In this document: one piece after another, positions 57,615-64,000 of the stretch | How the letters are laid out: each line of letters begins with the position of its first letter | Numbering within the stretch: the stretch's first letter is position 1 | Assembly: GCF_009914755.1 (NCBI RefSeq) | Contig: NC_060929.1 | DNA: 64,000 nucleotides | Source: the human T2T-CHM13v2.0 reference genome, Homo sapiens | Strand: one strand, 5' to 3' | Made by a program: the position numbers and the translations under genes | Notes under the pieces: generated by a model | Told to the model about the DNA's origin: nothing | Databases searched by the model: none | Seen by the model: only the letters and a program-made list of their open reading frames with translations

Positions 57615-58322
57615 AATTTTGCCATCTGTCATTTTTCTCTGATGGCTTAATTTACCAGTTGAATTATAGCAACAGATCGGCCTAAGGTAATTATTCTTGC
57701 CCTTTATCCTGTTATTCCTATGGGTGCAAGGTCACCCCTGCTTCTCCCTCACTCCCCTAAACTCTACTGGCCTATCTCTCTCATTCCTCCTCATCCATTT
57801 GCCAGGTGTGAGATGAAAATGTGGGAACATGGGTAAGGCTGAAGGAAAGTGCACACTCAAGACACCCTTCCCCATTTGTTCACTCTTCTCTGTCACCCAT
57901 GTATTCCTATTTTCCAAAGAGCTTCCAACAGGAACAAAATGTGAGCACCACTACTTGGCTTTCCAGACAGTGCTCTATTTCAAATATTACGTTTTTTAAA
58001 AAGTTTATGTAGCCCATAAAATAGGTCAGGGGCCAACATGTACAATCCCCTGTGTCTAATACAGAGATCACTCTAAGGCAAAAGAGAATTCGCTCCACCA
58101 ATAAACACAGTGTTCAAAAATTATCAAAATGTAACATTACAGGAATGAGTTACAGGATCTGACAAAAAGCAGAGTAATAGAACAAAATTATTCCAAAGTG
58201 GCAAGCCAGATAATGTCGAAAGCTCCAGAACATGCAAACGTTAGAGGTTAATATCAAATTTAAAACCTAATATTTAATCAATTGCATAAAATGATGTGCA
58301 CAATGGTTAAAAGTATGTTAAA

Positions 58323-59017
58323 TGGAAATTGCAAGTGTTGGCTAAGATGTGGAGAAACTGGAAATGTCCTATACTGTTGGAGTGAAAATTGGTTCAGCCA
58401 CTATGAAAAACATTTTGTTGGTTTCTCAAAAAGCTAAAAATAGAACCACTTTACAGACCAGCAGTTCAACTCCTAGGTCTATACTCTAAAGATCTGAAAA
58501 CAGATACTCAAATAAGAACATGTACATGCACATTCATAGCAACACTATTCACAATAGCCAAAATGTGGAAACAGCCCAAAGGTCCATCAACAGATGAATG
58601 GACAAACAAGATGTGGTATATCCATACAATGGAACATTATTCAGAATATTATTCAGCTATAAAAAGGAAGGAAGTACTGATACATGTCGCAGCCTAGCTG
58701 AACCTCCAAAAACAGTATGCTAAGCAAAAGCTCACATACTGTAAAATTCTATTTATATTAAATATCCAGAATAAATAAATCCATAGAGATGGAATGCAGA
58801 TTGGTGGCTGTAGGTGCTGGGGGAAGAGGAAAATGCAGAGAAGTGCAGAGAAACTGTTTAATGGGTAAGAGGTTTTACTTTGGAGTGATGAAAATGTTTT
58901 GAAACTAGAGAGAGGTAGTGGTCGCAAAACACTGTGAATGTACTACATGCCACTAAATCATTCACTTTAAAATGGTTAGTTTTATGTTATGTAAATGTGA
59001 TCTCAATAATTTTTTTT
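58323..59017 (+). mobile_element. L1MB (MB3/4-like) 5'-truncated 3' end
   Basis: ORF2 tail plus 3'UTR (tccatcaacagatgaatgga, ggagtgatgaaaatgttttgaaactag, cactttaaaatggtta); candidate TSD aaagtatgttaaa (58310-58322) / aaagtatgtcaaa (59018-59030). Confidence 0.88.
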
Positions 59018-59984
59018 AAAGTATGTCAAAACTATGCACACAAAACTGACAAACACCAAAAGAGAGGATGCTTCAAAATGGAAATAAATGTGGGAGCCTG
59101 GGGGAGTTATAAGTGATTTATTTTTACAGTTTTAATCTGACCTATTTTTCTGAAGTAATACATATTAGTTATAAACATTTTTAAAAATACATAAAAGCAC
59201 TACAAAGGATATAGAAGTCACTATCAATAATATTTCCAGTTTTAAAAAATATTTTTGGAGAGGGTACCTGGATATGAACCCAAAATATTTTTTAATGTCA
59301 ATGTTAAATTTCCTTTGAAATTAAAAAACCACCAAAAAGAACAAAACCAAGACCTTATGCATTAAGGAAGACAAATCCATACAGCTGAACATTGATTTCT
59401 GCCAAGGGTTTTGCTATAAGCCTATTTCTCTCGGTAGGCAGAAGCGAGGCTGGGAAACCAAGAGTTGTAGGGGGGTTGGTGGGGAAGCAGACAAGTCTGT
59501 GACTTTTTGGCTAAGGCCTTTCTTCCATCCTCCCATCCATCCCAGACCAGCATGTCTGGCATTCATCAGGCTGGCAAAGCCTGGTCTCTGTGGGACAGAA
59601 TTTGAGAAAGTCTCCTTCTCCCTGTCTGTGCTGTCAACTCTCCATGAAGAAAACTAGAATATCCATTTCTCTTGCCTGCCTGGCCTCTTCCCCTGCACAC
59701 AGCAATGGTCTCCACTAATTATTACTACTGTAAAGCTCTAGGAATGAGGAGATGGGAATTTAGTACCCTTGACCTCCTGAAGATCATTATTTCCAAAAGA
59801 TTTGCAAATGATAGTGTAACCATAAGTCCCTTCTCCAATTTTTCTAAAGCTTTTTGAGCATAAACATAAATAAAATAATAAGAAACAAAAACAGGAACAA
59901 AAATTTGGGGTTTAGCTCAGTGTAGAACAGATAAGTCAGTAGTGAGTCAACCACTTTCTATCAAGGGCCTATGTTGTAACTAAC

Positions 59985-60348
59985 TACTATCAACTAAACG
60001 TTTGTGTCCCCCCAGAATTCATATGCTGAAACTTAATCCCCAATGTGGTAGTATTTGGAAGTAGGGTCTTTGGGGGTGATTATGTCATGAAGGTGGAGTC
60101 CTCATGAATGAGATTAGTTCCTTTACAAAAGAGACCCTAGAGAGGTCTCTCACCCCTTCTGCCATGTGAGGACACAATGAGAAGACAGCCATCTAGGAAC
60201 CAGGAAATATGCCCTCACTAGACATCAAATCTGTAGCATCTTGATCTTGGACTTCTCAGCCTCCAGAACTGTGAGAAATAATTTTCTGTTGTGTATAAGC
60301 CACCCAGTCTATAGCATTTTGTTATAGCAGCCACAACAGACTAAAACA
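59985..60348 (+). mobile_element. MLT1A/MST-type (ERVL-MaLR) solo LTR
   Basis: tttgtgtccccccagaattcatatgctgaaac...cttgatcttggacttctcagcctccagaactgtgagaaata...ttgttatagcagcc...gactaaaaca. Confidence 0.9.
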
Positions 60349-62278
60349 TCAGCACTAGGGTGGTATTGTTGCTAAGAAAATGCTCAAGAACACCATCCTG
60401 ATTCACAGATTCAGAGCTTTTGTATTTAAATAGTCACTCTGCCTTAACCTATCAATGGCCTCTTTTGCAGTTCAGTTTAATCATCCCAGCTTCAGATGCA
60501 ATATCCTCCTCTTCTTTGAGAAATTGCTTCTCTTGTTCTTGCAACACTGCCCTGAGTGATGCACCTCACTTCTTGAAAAGAAGACCAGAAGATGTTAAAG
60601 ATATGTAAGTGCCCTAAAAAGATTCCCTCCCTAAAGAAACTTGTAGAATCAAAAGAGCTCCAGAAAAATAAAAAAGGTAAAAGCATCAACTTTCGGAATT
60701 ATTGATGTTGAAAACAAAGTCTAGTGTATTTTCTATATATGGAGGATCCCATAGCTGATCTCTCTGACATGGGAAGGCTATCCCATAAATGATGGAAGGT
60801 ACTGATTCCTTTCCATTTCCTTAGGGAATTTAGCATTAATGGTCTCCCTGAAAAGAGTTGCTTAAGGAAAAATGACCACAAGCAAGTACATAGAAAATGC
60901 CTAGCCATCTGGCCTTGCCTTAACTTCTTGCTGTGCATTTTATGCAGACACACAAAATGCCCTCAGCAAGGTTCATCAGAGTAGCACAATCAAGAGAGGT
61001 AGGGGGAAGGAGAGGAGAGACAAATAGTTGAATAACCCGTATTCTCTTGTTCTGTCTTGCCATAAACATACAGACATGAGATATCAATACAAACATAAAA
61101 AGAAATGAGTTCTGCTCCTTATACCAAGCATAACACTTCAGGCTCTACTTTTCTTCAGATTTTATGGTTTCTGTCTCAACCCAAAACCTGCCCTGGCCAA
61201 GACTTTGGAGGTCGGTTGCTTAAAATGGACCCTGATTGTTCTCTGGGGTATACAGAACCAGCTGTGGGTCCGAAGTGAAGATGCTGCAGAGGTGGAATTC
61301 CAGGTCCTCAAAAAGGTATGTTTCCATAGAAACTAAAGCAAGTGGCCACCTGATATGAAGGACTCATACCTCAAGCTCTGAGAAAACAGAAAGTCAAAAT
61401 GCCCTCATGAAAAGTTTGGTATCATTGAACCAGAATACTCTGCCCTGCCTGTAAATATTACCAAATCCAATTCTAGGTGGCTTCTTCTGAAACAAGGCAA
61501 GTAATCAGGATTTATTCAGGCCAACATCTGGAAGCATGCATGTTCCACACAGTTAACTCTAAAAAAGGGAAGTTGTGCCCTAGGACTTTACCCCACCCAC
61601 CCCTCCTCTACCAGCCTAAAAACCTTCATGGTACAATATGTCTCTAAAACCCCTTAAGATAGCATCACAAAATTAGACAATGACTGGCAGCAATTATCTC
61701 CCAAACTTACCAGACTTGGGGGTTTTTTTAGGGCAGAAAGCAGCTAATGGCCATGAATACTTCATTTAGCGCTTCTTTTTTCTAATGCATTGCAAGACGT
61801 TCACTCTCCAGCGCTGGACTCTGCCAAGTATCCCATCTCAATTTCCCATTCAATTTCTAGAGAAATTCCATCCAAATCTTTTATAAGTCCTGCTCAAATG
61901 TTCAGAGTTTGCAAAGTACTTTCAATAATTCAGTAATCCAGTGCCCTTCCCCCAAGTCACAATCTAAACAAAGATGGTTGTCCTCTCACTATTAACACTC
62001 ACTTTGCAGAAAAAGACCCTTGAGGCCCTAGGGAGGTTTACAGCTAGTTGCCAGGATCTTTCTGAAGTCAGAAATGAAGTGCAAGTTTAGACTTTTAGAT
62101 CTACACCCCAGGACTTGTCCCACACAAACACAGAAGGGACAGCTGACTCCACTGGTAAGGTGAGCAGTGATAGTACTATCTTTTCTTTTGGTCTGTGATA
62201 ATTCTTGAGTTTCCCATCAGTGTTACTCCTTGGGAGTCCTTCCTATACAGACAAAGCCTATATTGAAATGCTTTAAGG

Positions 62279-62568
62279 CAGCAGTCCCCAACATTTTTGG
62301 CACTAGGGACCAGTTTCATAGAAGACAATTTTTCCATGGACTGGGGAGGGGTTTGGGGATGGGGAAAGGGCTTGGGATGAAACTGTTCCACCTCAGAACA
62401 TCAGGCATTAGATTCTCATGAGTGTGCAACTTAGATCCCTCACATGCACAGTTCACAATAGGGTTCACGCTCCTATGAGAATCTAATGGTGCCGCTGGTC
62501 TCACAGGAGGAGGAGCCCAGGAGGAGCTTACCGGTACCAGTCTGTGGCCCAGGGTTTGAGAATCCCTG
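62279..62568 (+). mobile_element. MER1B (hAT-Charlie)
   Basis: cagcagtccccaacatttttggcactagggacc...gaaactgttccacctcaga...ggtttgagaatccctg; 8-bp TSD ctttaagg / ctttgagg. Confidence 0.92.
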
Positions 62569-64000
62569 CTTTGAGGTTTTGCTCAACAGGGTAAAGTCAT
62601 GTAAGTTTTACCTGGTAGACTGATAGGTGTTTCTTTATCTGGAAAACCTGGTGTCACCGACAAAGAGAACAAGTCTGGAACAACGGGACTCAGGACAAGT
62701 AAGTTTGGATAAGTAGGCTGAAAAAACAGAGGAAAACAGTCCAAAGTATGAGGTTATCTAGGACCAGAATACATGAAATAGTAAAAGGAATAGCAATGGG
62801 GGTTGGAGAAAGGGAATTAGAGTAGCAGACACTTGGCTGGCTTTGAAATAGAGCAAAAGGAACAGAGGAAATGAAAACCAGACTTGGCTGAATTTACAAA
62901 ACTGCCTGAGGCCAGCACTGCTTCCCAGGGGAGGAGAGACCAGTGGAAAGGGTGATCTGGCTGTTTTTAGGGTGATGTCTTTGATACCCTAACCTCATTG
63001 GCACCACTCCTCAGGGAATGATAAGCCCTCAAAGAGCTGTGAGACTGGGAGTGTCAGGAGCAGAGCAGGAGCAGGAGAAAAACCTAGGAAACATCAGAAT
63101 TTCTCCAGGCTGGGAGGAGTGGAGTGGGGCAAAGGTCTTGGAGTTTCCCATTGGGTAACCATGCCCAGGCCCATCTCCTGGGGAGGCAGGTGTGCCTGGC
63201 ACAGTTTAAGTTGTGGCTGAGCATCTGTAAGTGCCTATCTAAGACCATCTGGGATCTCTGATCTCCTAGGGAAAGAAGCATGTGACAAAGAACTGGCAAC
63301 ATCAGATGGACCTGTCCTGACTCAGACATGAGAAATATGTTCATCAATTTCACCGACCCATCCTGCTGCTCGTCTCTCTCCCCCATCTCCTTCTTGGTGC
63401 CTTCTAGGACTGTCAAGAGATATGGTTTACTTCTTTGATAAAATGTAGTTATTTAGTAATCTATTAATACACCTTACTTCAAAAAATATTTTTAAATTAA
63501 ATATGAAAAGACATCAGCGAGTTTTCCTCTACATCCAAACACTTCTCCAATTTTAGCTTCACAATTTCCCACGGTCTCACTCTTCTTTTCTGCGTTGCCC
63601 AAACCTTCATGCCGATCTCTGACTGCTTTAGTTTCTATCAGGATCCACCCACAAGGGACACGGATGGATAATCCTGCCCTTTCCTGACAAGCTCTTCTTA
63701 TCACCAGCCCTTACCTGTTCTCTGGTCCATTCCCTGAGGGCTTTGTTCAGTGCTATCTATTCTGGTAAATCAACCCATGCCAAGAGGAAACAGTTGCTTA
63801 GACTTTGTAGAGAGAATCAAATGAGAGAAATCAATACACACAGGTGAAGTCTTAATATTATTTCTATCAGTATATTAGTCCTCACAGTCAATAAACTGAC
63901 ATTAGTAGGGACTCTCAGAACGTTAATCTAAATGAGTGTCTCTGTTCTAGGGAATTTCAAGCATCAGGGCAGGCTGGAGTTAGGGAGAGGCAGAAAGGAG

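Overview
This is primate (most likely human or other hominoid) nuclear DNA that reads as intronic or intergenic. It is CpG-poor, has no CpG island and is densely filled with interspersed repeats. I recognise no host protein-coding exon, RNA gene or CRISPR array. The only long ORFs are pieces of LINE-1 ORF2 from one young L1PA insertion at 5146-8947, which is 5'-truncated and 5'-inverted (twin priming). Other elements: solo ERV LTRs (MER41B with one intact STAT/GAS site, MER39-like, MLT1, LTR33/41-like), Alus (FLAM, two AluJ, AluS), a short L1PA7-like tail, old L1M fragments, many MIR/L2 remnants, hAT MITEs (MER5, MER20, MER58B, MER1B) and a near-complete piggyBac-family (Looper-like) fossil with recognisable transposase motifs. 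Many insertions keep their target-site duplications (TSDs), so nested insertion order can be read directly. Subfamily names come from my memory of consensus sequences, not from a database search, and boundaries of old repeats are approximate. I found no convincing previously undescribed biological system. The best leads are a MIR>L1MB>piggyBac composite bracketed by a perfect 15-bp direct repeat, a candidate interferon-responsive MER41B, and a few unverified splice-site-flanked segments.
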